Of a DNA stretch of 64,000 nt, positions 20,702-31,298 are shown in pieces. The notes beneath the pieces are model-generated. The model saw only the letters and a program-made list of their open reading frames with translations, was not told the DNA's origin and made no database searches. A program made the position numbers and the translations under genes. Every line of letters begins with the position of its first letter. Position 1 is the first letter of the stretch. The stretch spans positions 4,340,001 through 4,404,000 of the forward strand of contig CAKKNE010000002.1 of assembly GCA_918797485.1 (NCBI GenBank). The letters run 5' to 3'. The DNA is from Pelagomonas calceolata. Its lineage: Eukaryota.

Positions 20702-22711
20702 TCAGAGGCCCCGGAGACGCGCGCGCTGCCTTTCTAAAGCCGCGGCCTTGTTCCGCGCGATGCGCGCCTTCTGCTCCTCGGTCAGGCCTCCGCCGCCCGA
20801 GGCGTTCGCCGGGCGCAGGGCCGGGGGCGGCGGTCGCCGCGGTTGGACGGGCGGCGGCGGCGGCGAGCGCCGCTGCGAGAGCGACCCCTGCGAGAGCGCC
20901 ACGGCCGCGGGCACGAGTTTCACATGAGACCGGCGCGGCGGCGGCGCCTCCTGGCTCAGCTGGCTCGCGGGGCGCAGGTCGAGGCGCGGCCGGCGCGGCG
21001 GCGGCGCCTCCTGGCTCAGCTGGCTCGCCGGCCGCAGGTCCAGGGGTCGCTTCCGCGCGACGGGCACGGGGATGCGAAAGGAGGACTTTCGCGGCCCGCG
21101 GCGCGGGGCGCGCCCCGGCGGCGGCGCCGACGCCTCGAAGGACGACTTCTTCTTCTTCCGGCGCGCCGGCGGCGCCTTGCGCCGCGGCGGCGCCGCGCGG
21201 AAGCGGCCGCCCCAGTCGTCTCCAACATCATCCACGTCGGAAACGTCCTTGTCCGAATCGGACCAGCCGCTGCCCTTGTTTACGGTGGGCAGGCGCCGGT
21301 CCGCCCAGCGCACGTCGTCCTCGCCGCCGCCGCCGGCGCGGCCGCGCGTCCAGCCGTCGTCCTCCGCGTCGTCATCCTCGTCGTCCGTGTCGACGTAGCG
21401 GCCCGCGTCGCCGCCGCCGCCGCTCGAGAAGCTCCGCGTGTCGCGGTAGCGGTTGCTGTTGTAGGCGTCCTCGAAGTCCAGGGCGTCGCCGCCGCCCGAC
21501 GCGTGCTGGAGCGCGGCCTGCAGCACGCCGCCGCGCCGCATGCGCTTCGAGCCGCCCCGGCCGAGCGCCGCGCCGAGCGACGCCGACGACCGCCGCGACA
21601 GGTCGAAGCGCGAGTGGTCGAAGCCGCCGTCGTCCTCGGACTCGTCGTTCAGCAGCGAGTCGCGCGCCGCCTTTCTGTCGTCCGCGGAGCCGTGGTCGCT
21701 CTCGTCGGACGAGCCGTCGCTGCACGCGGCCTCGTCGTCCAGGACGTCGTCGTCGTCCTCCTCCGACTCCGCGACGGCGCGGCGGCGGCGTGGCGGCGCC
21801 TCCGAGTCCGCGGCGGCGCGGCGGCGGCGCGGTGGCGGCGGCCGGCGGCGCGGCGGCGGCCGCCCGTCGCCGTCCGAGTCCGAGTCCGCGGCCCGCGCGT
21901 CCTCCTCGGCCTGCAGGCGCCGCGCGAGCGCCGCGTCCGCCGCCTCCTGGGACGCCTCGTCCTCGACGAAGGAGAGGGCCGCGCTCGCGCCGCTCCCGCG
22001 CCGCGGCAGCTCCGGGGCGTGGTTCTTCCGGAGCCGCCGCAGGCGCCGTGGTGGCGGCGACGGCGACGCGATCGACGAGTCGACGGAGCGCCGCGGCTGC
22101 GGCGAGTCGGCCGTCAAGTCGACGACCTCGCGCGGCGACGCGCGCGGCGACTGCGTGAGGCGCCGGTGCCGCGCGCAGAGCACCTCGAAGGGCGTGTCCG
22201 GGTCCTCTCCCGCGGTGGACAGGGCGAAGGGCGTCGACGCCTTGAGGGCGCAGCTCGCGTGGACCGCGGCGCGGCAGCCCGCGTGGCCGCACCGGACGGC
22301 GTTGCCGCGGCCGCAGACGTCGCACCTCGTCGCCGCGCGCTCGGGGCCGACGTCGAGGTCGACGGCGCACATGGCGTCGTCGACCTCGAGCTCGGGCGTC
22401 CAGAGGACGCAGCACACGTGGGCCCAGCCCTTGCGGCCGACGCGCTTCAGGCCGCCGCTGTGCGTGCCGCAGAGGCCACATTTGGGGTCGGCGTGCGCCG
22501 CGCGCGACCCGCGCCGGCCGCTCTGGCAGGGGTCGCAGAACCACCGCCGCGGCGGCGCGCCGACCACGCCGTAGCAGCCCTGATGCACGCGCACGTCGCA
22601 CGCGTCGCAGTCGACGAACGCGCCCGCGTCCGCGCCGCCGCCGCAGACGGCGCAGACCTCGCCGTCTGAGCTCGCGGTGTTGCTTATCGTGCCGCGGCGG
22701 ACCGAGGCCAT
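20702..22711 (-). CDS. PHD + extended PHD (PZP-like) protein with acidic/disordered tail
   Basis: CAVC...CDACDVRVHQGCYG...WFCDPC; CGLC...GGLK...WAHVCCVLWTPE...CDVC...C..AGC..AVHASCA...LCARH. Confidence 0.85.
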   Translation of the reverse strand: MASVRRGTISNTASSDGEVCAVCGGGADAGAFVDCDACDVRVHQGCYGVVGAPPRRWFCDPCQSGRRGSRAAHADPKCGLCGTHSGGLKRVGRKGWAHVCCVLWTPELEVDDAMCAVDLDVGPERAATRCDVCGRGNAVRCGHAGCRAAVHASCALKASTPFALSTAGEDPDTPFEVLCARHRRLTQSPRASPREVVDLTADSPQPRRSVDSSIASPSPPPRRLRRLRKNHAPELPRRGSGASAALSFVEDEASQEAADAALARRLQAEEDARAADSDSDGDGRPPPRRRPPPPRRRRAAADSEAPPRRRRAVAESEEDDDDVLDDEAACSDGSSDESDHGSADDRKAARDSLLNDESEDDGGFDHSRFDLSRRSSASLGAALGRGGSKRMRRGGVLQAALQHASGGGDALDFEDAYNSNRYRDTRSFSSGGGGDAGRYVDTDDEDDDAEDDGWTRGRAGGGGEDDVRWADRRLPTVNKGSGWSDSDKDVSDVDDVGDDWGGRFRAAPPRRKAPPARRKKKKSSFEASAPPPGRAPRRGPRKSSFRIPVPVARKRPLDLRPASQLSQEAPPPRRPRLDLRPASQLSQEAPPPRRSHVKLVPAAVALSQGSLSQRRSPPPPPVQPRRPPPPALRPANASGGGGLTEEQKARIARNKAAALERQRARLRGL
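20931..21050. repeat. 60-bp tandem duplication within coding sequence (LDLRPASQLSQEAPPPRR x2)
   Basis: GGCGCGGCGGCGGCGCCTCCTGGCTCAGCTGGCTCGC occurs at 20931 and 20991. Confidence 0.85.
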
Positions 22712-23120
22712 CGTCTTGCGCGTCCTTCACCCGCGCGGCGGTTTCTTTGTGGCGTCAATTTTCTTGTGCGCGCCGCCGGTCCGCTGCTCGCGCGCGGAGT
22801 GGTAATGGTAGTTTCCGCGCGCCTCCTGATAACCGCGAAGGCGTTTTGCGTTCAGCACGGTTTCGTCTCGGCAAGTCTTAATACGCGGTGCGGACGCACA
22901 CAGCTCCTTGCTCAGCGAGTGCCACAGCGCGCGGTGCCCTACTGCTGCGGCACCAGCGCTTGGCGCCGCGTATGCACGCCCTCAGCGGCGCGCGCAGGCG
23001 TCCCGTTGTTTGCGAGATTGTCCTCGCGTCTCGGCTTCGCGTCGGGATGAATCCCGCGCCACGGAGGCCTACAGACGCCGAGCCGGACGGCTGTGACGCC
23101 TGGCGGAATCGGTCTTGCTT

Positions 23121-23144
23121 GCTAGTGTCTTACAGGCCGCTAGC
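23121..23144. promoter_or_regulatory. GCTAGTGTCTTAC..GCTAGC upstream motif (one of 6-7 copies)
   Basis: Copies at 23121, 36044(rc), 39868, 53440(rc), 60615, 62102; each lies upstream of a start codon. Function is inferred. Confidence 0.55.
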
Positions 23145-23290
23145 CCACGCGGACTAATTCCACAAGCGCGTTTTTTGGCCTGCCATTGCTCCTTCCGGAC
23201 GCACCTGTGCCACTAGACGGCTGCGTCGAGCGTCTGTGCTGAGCTGCTCTCGTTGCGTAGCGCAGGCGACACAGCCCTCGCACCCTCAAA

Positions 23291-24799
23291 ATGCCAAGTT
23301 ACAATGGCCGCAGGCGAGGCGGTAGGGGACGTGGACGCGGCCGCAGCAATAACTACAATAACAACCAGAACCAGAACACCTTCGGCGGCGGCAATCAAAA
23401 CATCCCGCTTGGCGCCGCCGGCCAAAACAACGCGTTCGGTGGTGGCATGCAGCAGTCCTCGCCCTTTGGCGGCGGCATGCAGCAATCGAATACCTTCGGC
23501 GGTGGCATGCAGTCGAACAACACCTTCGGCAGCGGCCTGGGCGTCCAGCAGTCGAGTACGTTCGGCGGCGGCCAGTCGTCGACCACGTTTGGCGGCCAGT
23601 CGAACTCGTTCAATCGCGGCGGCCTGGGCATCCAAAGGAACCGGCCGCCGCGGACGCCAGCGCGGACGCAGAACATCCCGCTCGGCTCGGCCGGGACGGC
23701 CTCGACCTTCGGCGCGACCTCATCCCTGGGAAACTCGTCCATGTTCGGCGCGGCGCCCGCGCCGACGACGTTTTTCGGTGGGTCTACCGCGCCGGCGGCC
23801 TCGCCCTTCGGCGGCGGCGGCGGAGCGACGACGTTCGGGGGAGGAGCGCCCGCGGCGACGCCTTCGCCCTTCGGAGGCGCCTCGCCGGGCGGAGCAACGA
23901 CGTTCGGCGCGGCGGCGCCGTCGACGACGTTCGGCGGGGCCGCGGCGTCGCCCTTCGGGGGCGCCTCGCCGGCCGCCGCGTCGCCGTTCGGTGGAGCACA
24001 AACCGCCGCGGCGCCGGGCACGGGCGCGCCGCCCTATGCAGCGACGCCCGACACGACCGTGGACAACTCGAAGCACCGGCAGGTGCTCCTGCCCATCACG
24101 GCCATGCCTCCCTACGCCGGCAAGTCCTTCGAGGAGTTGAGGGTGGAGGACTATCAGCAAGGCAACAAGGGCCGGGGCGGCGCCGCGCCGGCGACGCCGG
24201 CCTTTGGCGGGAGTCCGGCGGCCGTGGCGTCGCCGTTTGGAGGCGCTGCGGCGCCCGCCGCGGCCGCGTCGCCGTTCGGCGGGGCGCCGGCCGCGTCGCC
24301 GTTTGGAGCGAGCCCTGCTGCCCCGGCGGCGGCCGCAAGCCCGTTTGGCGGTGGCCCGGCAACTAGCAGTCCGTTCGGTCAACCCGCGGCCGCGGCGGCG
24401 AGCCCCTTCGGCGGCGCGCAACCGGCCGCCGCGAGCCCCTTTGGCCAGCCGGCGGCGGCCGCGGCCTCGCCTTTTGGCGGAGGCTCGACGCCAGCGTCGA
24501 CGCCGTTCGGCCAGCCGGCCGTGGCGTCGCCGTCGCCTTTCGGCGGTGGAACAACGTTCGGCGGCGGCGCGGCGGCGCCGACGAGCAGTCCGTTCGGCGG
24601 CGGCGCAACGTTCGGGGGATCGGCGTTCGGCCAAAAAGCAGCAGTCGGTGCCGCGGGAAGCGCAAAGGCGGCGAGCGACGGCCCCGGCGGCGGCGGGCCT
24701 TGTACCTGGCCCGAGCTGCCCCAGGCGCCTCCCGCGGAACCCTACACGAGTCCGATACGCCTGGGATCCGTGCCGGAGGTGCCGCCGCCGCCCATCTAG
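23291..24799 (+). CDS. FG-repeat nucleoporin, Nup98-like N-terminal part with GLEBS motif
   Basis: Dozens of TFGG/SPFG repeats; ITAMPPYAGKSFEELRVEDYQQG is a GLEBS (Rae1-binding) motif. Confidence 0.85.
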   Translation: MPSYNGRRRGGRGRGRGRSNNYNNNQNQNTFGGGNQNIPLGAAGQNNAFGGGMQQSSPFGGGMQQSNTFGGGMQSNNTFGSGLGVQQSSTFGGGQSSTTFGGQSNSFNRGGLGIQRNRPPRTPARTQNIPLGSAGTASTFGATSSLGNSSMFGAAPAPTTFFGGSTAPAASPFGGGGGATTFGGGAPAATPSPFGGASPGGATTFGAAAPSTTFGGAAASPFGGASPAAASPFGGAQTAAAPGTGAPPYAATPDTTVDNSKHRQVLLPITAMPPYAGKSFEELRVEDYQQGNKGRGGAAPATPAFGGSPAAVASPFGGAAAPAAAASPFGGAPAASPFGASPAAPAAAASPFGGGPATSSPFGQPAAAAASPFGGAQPAAASPFGQPAAAAASPFGGGSTPASTPFGQPAVASPSPFGGGTTFGGGAAAPTSSPFGGGATFGGSAFGQKAAVGAAGSAKAASDGPGGGGPCTWPELPQAPPAEPYTSPIRLGSVPEVPPPPI

Positions 24800-24896
24800 C
24801 GTACTAAACGACGTCTGCGGCCTCGCGGACGCCGACGCAGCGCGTCGATTGCGAAGACGCGAGCGAAATTAATTTTGTGAACACTTACTACAACGT

Positions 24897-25673
24897 CTAC
24901 TTCCCGCCTCCTTTGCGCGCCACCTGCTCGAAGCGCTCCCGCGTCTCCGGCGGCAGGTTCGCCCAGGCCTCCTCCACACTAATGTCGGGCACGGGCTGGT
25001 CCGCGGCGAGTTTCGCCGCGCGGTTCTCGTGCCACTTCGACGCGAAGACGTGGAGGCCCGTCATGCGCGGCGGCGGGTCGCCGATGGGCTGGGGCCCGGG
25101 CACCTGGGCCCGGGGGTCGCGCGGGTCGCGCGCCTGCCAGCAGTGCGGCTCCGCGCGGCCCGGCATGGGAAAGTCTCGCTGCGACGACGCCTTATTTTCG
25201 TGAGGTCGGAAGCCCAGCGCCACCCTATAAAGCTGCCGGCGGATGGCGAACGCGACCGCGGCGTCGAAGGGTGCGTGCAGCCCCATGTCCGCGCACGTCC
25301 TTCGCGCTAATAGTTCAGGCTTGTCGCAGGACGAGTCGAGCGTGTCCCAGACGAACTCATCACAAAAACGCTTCTGCTCGTTCGTCGCGTCCACTACGAG
25401 CGTGACGTGCCGCGGCAGCAAAGGTTCGTCGCGCCGCGCTACAAATTTCTGGAGCTGCTGGGCGACTTTCAGTTGCTCTCTCAATGAAGCTGCTATCAAT
25501 GCAACGCATTCTTGCGGGAGCTGCAAATCGTCTACTGTTTGTTTCGCAAACTCTTCGGGCGCCATCCGCGACGCATCGAGGCTCCAGAGGAAGGAGTCGA
25601 CGTGCCTAACTCCTTTGCAGTCGACGTCGACGACTATCGGTGCGAGGTTGCCGGGGAAGACGGTGGTCCGCAT
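24897..25673 (-). CDS. SNF5/SMARCB1-like protein with C-terminal HMG-box-like segment
   Basis: Two SNF5 repeats (DSFLWSLD...PEEFAKQTVDDL...IAASLREQL; DEFVWD...PELLARRTCADMGL...VAFAIRRQL); PPPRMTGLHVF...EAWANLPPETRERFEQVA. Confidence 0.75.
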   Translation of the reverse strand: MRTTVFPGNLAPIVVDVDCKGVRHVDSFLWSLDASRMAPEEFAKQTVDDLQLPQECVALIAASLREQLKVAQQLQKFVARRDEPLLPRHVTLVVDATNEQKRFCDEFVWDTLDSSCDKPELLARRTCADMGLHAPFDAAVAFAIRRQLYRVALGFRPHENKASSQRDFPMPGRAEPHCWQARDPRDPRAQVPGPQPIGDPPPRMTGLHVFASKWHENRAAKLAADQPVPDISVEEAWANLPPETRERFEQVARKGGGK

Positions 25674-26290
25674 CGTTTACGCTGCGTGTGCTGCTTGTCA
25701 CGTGCTGTGCTGTGTTTGAGGGTGTTCCGCGGCGTCGCGCTGTGCAATTTCGCGCAGGCCTCGGCACGCACGTCTCCAAACTGTGCTGTTTCAATACGTC
25801 GATGGCGTTAGCGGCTGACCACGCAGGGAGAGCCGCTTCAGTTCCAATTGCGCTAGCGTCGATAGACATACTAGATGAATGTTTAAAGTTAGACGGGCCG
25901 CTTTTACGCCACCCCGTCTAAGAGGACCTCCAGGGCTCTGGATACGTGCATCTCCGCGCGTATACGGACGACACGTCTGGCTCGCGAGAGGAGGCGCGAG
26001 AGAGCGTTGCGTATTTGTTGCGGCCCGCGGAGCGGACGGCAGCAAGATCTAACCCCTCTGGGCTACAGAAGTGTCATCACAGGGCAACATAGGCGAGTCT
26101 CGGCCCGAGAGGTTCCGCGGCGGCCTAGTTTTAGCACATTAGGCGGTCGCGGCTTTCGCCGGCTACCGCGGCGAGTGGAGCCCCCCGAACCGCCCGCAAA
26201 CGCTTCTAGGACGACCGCGCCCGCTGCGAAAGACGCCCCCCGAGGCTTACAAGACATTTGAAGCCCTGCCCGCGGAGGCGACCCGGCGAC

Positions 26291-29200
26291 ATGGAAACCG
26301 CCGCCGATAAGATCGCCCCGCCCGCCGTCAAGGCCGAAGCCAAGCCCGAAGCCCCACCCATACAAGCCCCCCCGCCGCCTGCACCACAACCGCGCCTCTC
26401 GACGCGCAACGGCGGCATAAGACCGGAACCGGCCGCGCCGCGCGACCCGCCGCCCGCGACGCCCACGAAAGCCGCGACGGCGACGCGGCCCACGTCGTCG
26501 CGACGATCGAGCGGCGGCGCGAAGAAGAGCCCGCCCCGCGCGGCGCCGACGTCCGGCAGCGCGCCGTGGTCGGCGAGCGAGGACGCGGAGCTCACGAGAT
26601 TGGTCCAAGCGAGAGGCCCGAGGAGGTGGCCCACCATCGCCGCGGCCATGCCCGGTAGGACCGGCAAGCAGTGTCGAGAGAGGTGGCACAACCAGCTCGA
26701 TCCAGCCGTCTCCAAAGCTCCTTTTACCGTCGACGAAGTGAGAACTATACTAGTCGAGCACCACAAGCGCGGCAACCGCTGGGCCGAAATTAGTAGAATG
26801 CTGCCCGGCCGCACGGATAATGCGGTCAAGAACCACTGGAACGCTTCATTACGAAGAAGGTTCGAACGGTTTGTGGCGGAGGAGGTCGGCCCTGAGGCCA
26901 TCCAGCAGCAGCCGTCGCGCGGCGACGCGCCGGGCCCGAAGGGCCGCGACGCGCCGACGCCGGCCTTCGATTTGTCGGGGCCGTTGCTAGAAAAAGCCCT
27001 CGCCGCTTGTGTGGGCGGTGCGTCCTCACCAGCACCCGGTACAGGAGGGCGCGCGACCGGCGCGTCGCCGCAACGCAAGCGCCAGCGACGGTGGCAGGCG
27101 GCGCCGCGGCCGGGCACCTTCGCGGCTGACCTCGTTGAGGAAGTCCCGCGCGGGCGACTGGGCAAGCTCGCGACGGTCAATGAAGAGGGCAAGCCCTCTA
27201 TTGTGCCCAGCACGCCGCGGCGCGACGGCGCGGGCGTCAACGGCGACGGCGCGCCGCTGCCGCCGATTCCCGCGACGCCGTGCGTATTGCGGCGTCCTTT
27301 CATTCATGTGACGACGCGGCTGACGACCAAAAAATTCAAAGCATATTAGACTACCGATCCGAATGAGGACACACTAACTCTCTTCCCGACGCGTCTCTTT
27401 GACGCCATCGCGGCGACGAGCGAACGACTCATAGATTACGATACACACGCAGGCCCAAGAAGATCTCGTTGCCGGCGAAGAGCCCGGGCGGCTCCAAGGA
27501 TCCCAAATCAAAAAGGGAGATCGTCGCGGCCGGGGCCTGTCGACACGAACTGCTGCCCGTGCCCGGCGTCGTTGACGACGCGGTCGCAGCTAAATTGGCC
27601 GCCGAGCTCTGGGAGCAGGTCTGGCCCCTCCCGGCCTCGGCCCAGAATAGAGCTGGAGCCGTCGCCGCGTCCGTGTCCGCGGCCCAAGGCAAAGACGGCA
27701 CGCAAATTGCGAGAACGAAGCGCTGGACGGCCGACGAAGCCCAACGGTTCGGGGAATTGATGGTGAGATCTAGGAAAGACGTGGCAAGAGTCGCGAAGGA
27801 ATTGGGCGGCGGCCGCACCATCGGCGACTGTCTGGGCTTCTACTACGGGCGCTGGAAGATGACCGACGCGTACCGAGCGCTCAAGGACCAGATGCGGCGC
27901 GATAGGAAGGCGGGCATGATCAACGTGGGCGTGTCGTCTGCTGCTACTAGATCTGCCTCATATGCGAGAGGTGAATTGGGGCCGCCTCGTAGAAGGTCTG
28001 CGGGCGGTCCTCGGGCCTCGGCCAGACGTAGAGGTGGTGTCATGCCCCCGGCCTACACGACGAAGCCCTTAACAGGAATGCCGGCGCCGCCACCCTTGCC
28101 GAAGGAGCAGCTCGAGTTAAGAAGAGAGGTCTCCGAAGATCCCGAGAATCAGTGGCAGAATCCTCTCAGAGGCTTGCGGCCGCCGCCGAACGACATATTA
28201 AGAGCGGCGACGTCGCTGCGGGGCGGCGTCTGCACCTACCATGGGCACGACTGGTACGTCTGCACGGGCGGCGACACGTTAGAATCCGTTGCGGGAGAAT
28301 TGGAACTTGCGGCCGACGTTTTATGCTGCGTCAACGAGGCGGCGCGACGAGCTGGGGCATTGAAGAACGGTGCCGAGGTCACGCCCAGCAATAGTGTAGA
28401 CCTGGAGAAGCCGATCTTGCGAGGGTTTCGGCCCGAGGCGGGCGCTCCTATCTTGTTACCTACAGCTACCCAGGTCAAGCCGCCACCTCTCCATAATAGA
28501 ACAGGTAGAGAAGGTAGCGTCGTAGACTTCGAGGAGCGAAGGTGGTACGTCTGCCGCGACGGAGAAACGTGCGCGACGGTCGCTCGTTCGCTGTCAGGGG
28601 CTTATCGGTTTGACGTTTCCATACGGGAGGACGACGACGCTAGATTGGCGGCCCAGGCGGCGCAAAACGCCCTGGATTACTTACGTAGTCAAAGTGGAGA
28701 AGCCCCGGTCACGAGACAAGTACCGGAACCGGAGCCGCAACCCGAACCAGAATTACCGGACGACCGCCTGACGGAACGGGCCGCAAGGTTAGTTGCGGAG
28801 GCCATGGCCGTGCCTTCCTTGGTCTCCGTCCGCAAGGACACGAAGCTACCAGCTCGCACGTGTTTACCGCTACCAGAGGACATGATCAATAGTAGGAGCG
28901 GCTGGCCCGGACATGCTATTAGGGTGGCACCACCTCTGGTGGAGGCGGAAGCCGATAGAGCCGCTCTCAGGAATGGGGATGTCCTCGTGGAGGAGGCTTC
29001 GGGGCGGCGGTGGGCGGCGGCGAAGAGAGGAGAGTCCCAGCAGCAGGCGGCGCGGCGGTTCGGTGTGGATGCTCGTCGCGTGGCCAAGGAGAATGATTTA
29101 ACGCCCTGGGGGGCGGCTTTGCGGAGAGGCGCCGTGCCGGAAGGCGCGCCTTTACTCATTCCCGAACCAGGGGCGGCCGCGAGGGACCGCGACGAATCCC

Positions 29201-29934
29201 CAAGGCCGCACACGGTCCGACGGTCGCCGGCGGCTAGAAGCACACAAGTCACATCACCTTCGAGACCGGCACCCTTAGCCTGCTCCGCCTGTCGATTACT
29301 AGGCGGCTCCGCGAGTCGATGCAGGAGGGAACTGCGCCACTCCGCCCCACCCTACTCGTTACCACCCGACGTCGGCACGCGAGTTAGGGTGAGGTGGCTC
29401 CCCGAAGGCAGCGATGAGAACGGCCACCACAAACGGGCGTCGTGGTATTTTGCTACTGCAACAGTCGTGGGCGAAGAGACCGCCGAAGGGACACGCAAGG
29501 TCGTGGTAGCCTATGATGATGGCGGCGGCGACGACGAGATCGAGTGGCCCGACGCCGACGCTATTAGTCTACCAAAAGATCAGACGAACTTGGCCCGAGC
29601 GGCGGCCGTCAGCGAGGACCAGAAGAAGATCAAGGGCCAGGCCTTCAAGCTACAAGGTGATAGTAGGGACTATCGGGTCAACGACGTGTTTTATTCGGTC
29701 GAGGAAGGTATTGACGGGGTCGTGGTACAGTACTACGACACGGGCGTCTACAAGGAGCCGCCGTCAGATAAGGATAGCCACGCGTTCGAGTGGGCGGCCT
29801 TTGACGACTTCGAGCAGCGGGCCACTGTCGAGTCTGATGCTTCTCAGTTCGGGCGCGGGGCTCGCAGAGCGCGGTCACCGCGCGCGTCGCTGGAGGGGCG
29901 GTCGGACTCGCCGCCGCGGAAGAAGCGGCGATGA
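26291..29934 (+). CDS. Multidomain MYB (R2R3) + SANT + LysM-like repeats + Tudor-like protein; 2 exons (26291-27279, 27453-29934)
   Basis: [13 protein letters not shown]...[15 protein letters not shown]...[31 protein letters not shown]...ACGCAG intron at 27280-27452 joins the two track ORFs in frame (..[12 protein letters not shown]..). [13 protein letters not shown]...[10 protein letters not shown]. Confidence 0.75.
27280..27452 (+). other. Predicted spliceosomal intron (173 nt, GT-AG)
   Basis: GTGCGT donor, CTAAC branch-like motif, ACGCAG acceptor; removal restores the frame. Confidence 0.75.
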
Positions 29935-30083
29935 GTGGGTGCGGTGGCAATAAGTTATTTATTAGATACCTTGGTATCTGTTTCGCTGCGTTCGGCATCG
30001 GCGTTCGCGTCTGCGAGTTGAAAAATCGGGTTTTGCAAGCCGAGTCAGCGCCGCGCAAGCCCAATAACACCGCAAAACGCAAG

Positions 30084-31247
30084 ATGATCCTCACAAATTG
30101 CGCCGCCTGCGCCGCCCCACTGGCCCACAACGCGCCGCGATGTATTAGATGTTGGACCCGCTATTGTGACTCGACTTGCCAGCATGACCACTGGCGCCGC
30201 GGCCACAAGCAAATGTGTAAGAAAATACACCGCGGCGGCAACGCGGAGCAATACCACGCCGACGAAAAATACAAGGAGGCCGTCGCGGAGGCCGTCGAGG
30301 CGTGCGCGGACGACACGAAGGGCCAGACGTGCTTCATCTGCACGCAAGCTTTGCATTGGAAGACGAAGGAGGGCCTCGTGCGCGGGTGCTCGTGCCGCGG
30401 GACGGCGGGTTTCGTTCACGTGTCGTGCTTGGCAGAGCAGGCGAAGATTTTGTACGCGGAGGCCGAGGAGAACAATTTGGATGAGAATGCGTTAAATGAG
30501 AGATGGGAACGGTGGGACACGTGCAGCATGTGCAAGCAAATGTACCACGGCGTCGTGAGATGCGCGCTCGGGTGGGCGTGCTGGAAGACGTACGTGGGTC
30601 GGCCGGAGGGGCACTGGGCTCGGTGCCCTGCGATAAACCAGCTTGGGAACGGTTTATCCGCTGCAAATCACTATGAGGACGCCTTGGCCGTGCGAGAGGC
30701 CGAGTTGGCTATGAAACGGCGCATTGGCGCATCAGAAGAAAGCATTCTCGTCGCGCAGAGCAATCTTGCGAACACGTATCATGATCTTGATCGTTTTGAA
30801 GAGGCCGTGCGTTTGCGACGGGACGTATACTCTGGAACTTTGAAGATATGTGGCGAAGATAGTAGAGACTCTCTTATAGAGGCCAACAATTACGCGGCCT
30901 CCCTTGTTCATCTAGACTCAGAGCGTTTTGAAGAAGCGAAGTCGCTGCTGCGCAAAGAGATACCCGTAGCGCGACGTACTCTCGGTGATAGTGATAGACT
31001 CACGCTCAAAATGAGGTGGAATTACGCGGGGGCGCTCTACAAAGACGACGGTGCCACGCTCGATGATTTCCGCGAGGCCGTGACGACTCTCGAGGACGCG
31101 GGGCGAATCGCGCGGCGCGTGTTCGGTGGCACGCACCCGCTCACCGAAGAATTTGAGAACGGATTGCAAGACGCGCAAGCCGCGCTCACCGCCCACGTGT
31201 CGCCGGAGGAATGGCGCGCGGCCGCGAGAGGCGTAAAGATCCACTAA
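30084..31247 (+). CDS. MYND-like Zn finger + RINGv (RING-CH) + TPR-like repeat protein
   Basis: CAACAAPL...RYCDSTCQHDHW..GHKQMC; CFIC...GCSCRGTAGFVHVSCL...W..CSMC; kinesin-light-chain-like TPR tail. Confidence 0.85.
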   Translation: MILTNCAACAAPLAHNAPRCIRCWTRYCDSTCQHDHWRRGHKQMCKKIHRGGNAEQYHADEKYKEAVAEAVEACADDTKGQTCFICTQALHWKTKEGLVRGCSCRGTAGFVHVSCLAEQAKILYAEAEENNLDENALNERWERWDTCSMCKQMYHGVVRCALGWACWKTYVGRPEGHWARCPAINQLGNGLSAANHYEDALAVREAELAMKRRIGASEESILVAQSNLANTYHDLDRFEEAVRLRRDVYSGTLKICGEDSRDSLIEANNYAASLVHLDSERFEEAKSLLRKEIPVARRTLGDSDRLTLKMRWNYAGALYKDDGATLDDFREAVTTLEDAGRIARRVFGGTHPLTEEFENGLQDAQAALTAHVSPEEWRAAARGVKIH

Positions 31248-31298
31248 GATCCAAAACGCCATCGACGCGCCCCCGTAGCAAGTAAGAGTCAGTAAACT

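Noticed and set aside
20843..22730. Long alternative-frame and antisense ORFs (608, 452, 344 aa)
   Set aside because: Arg/Ala/Pro-rich shadows of a very GC-rich real gene; the same applies to 11431-12948, 10783-12009, 41089-42297 and 41200-42630.
26291..29934. Periodic alternation of CG-dense and AT-richer patches (nucleosome-linker CG periodicity)
   Set aside because: Only an impression by eye; a CG-dinucleotide autocorrelation would be needed, and I cannot support a period.
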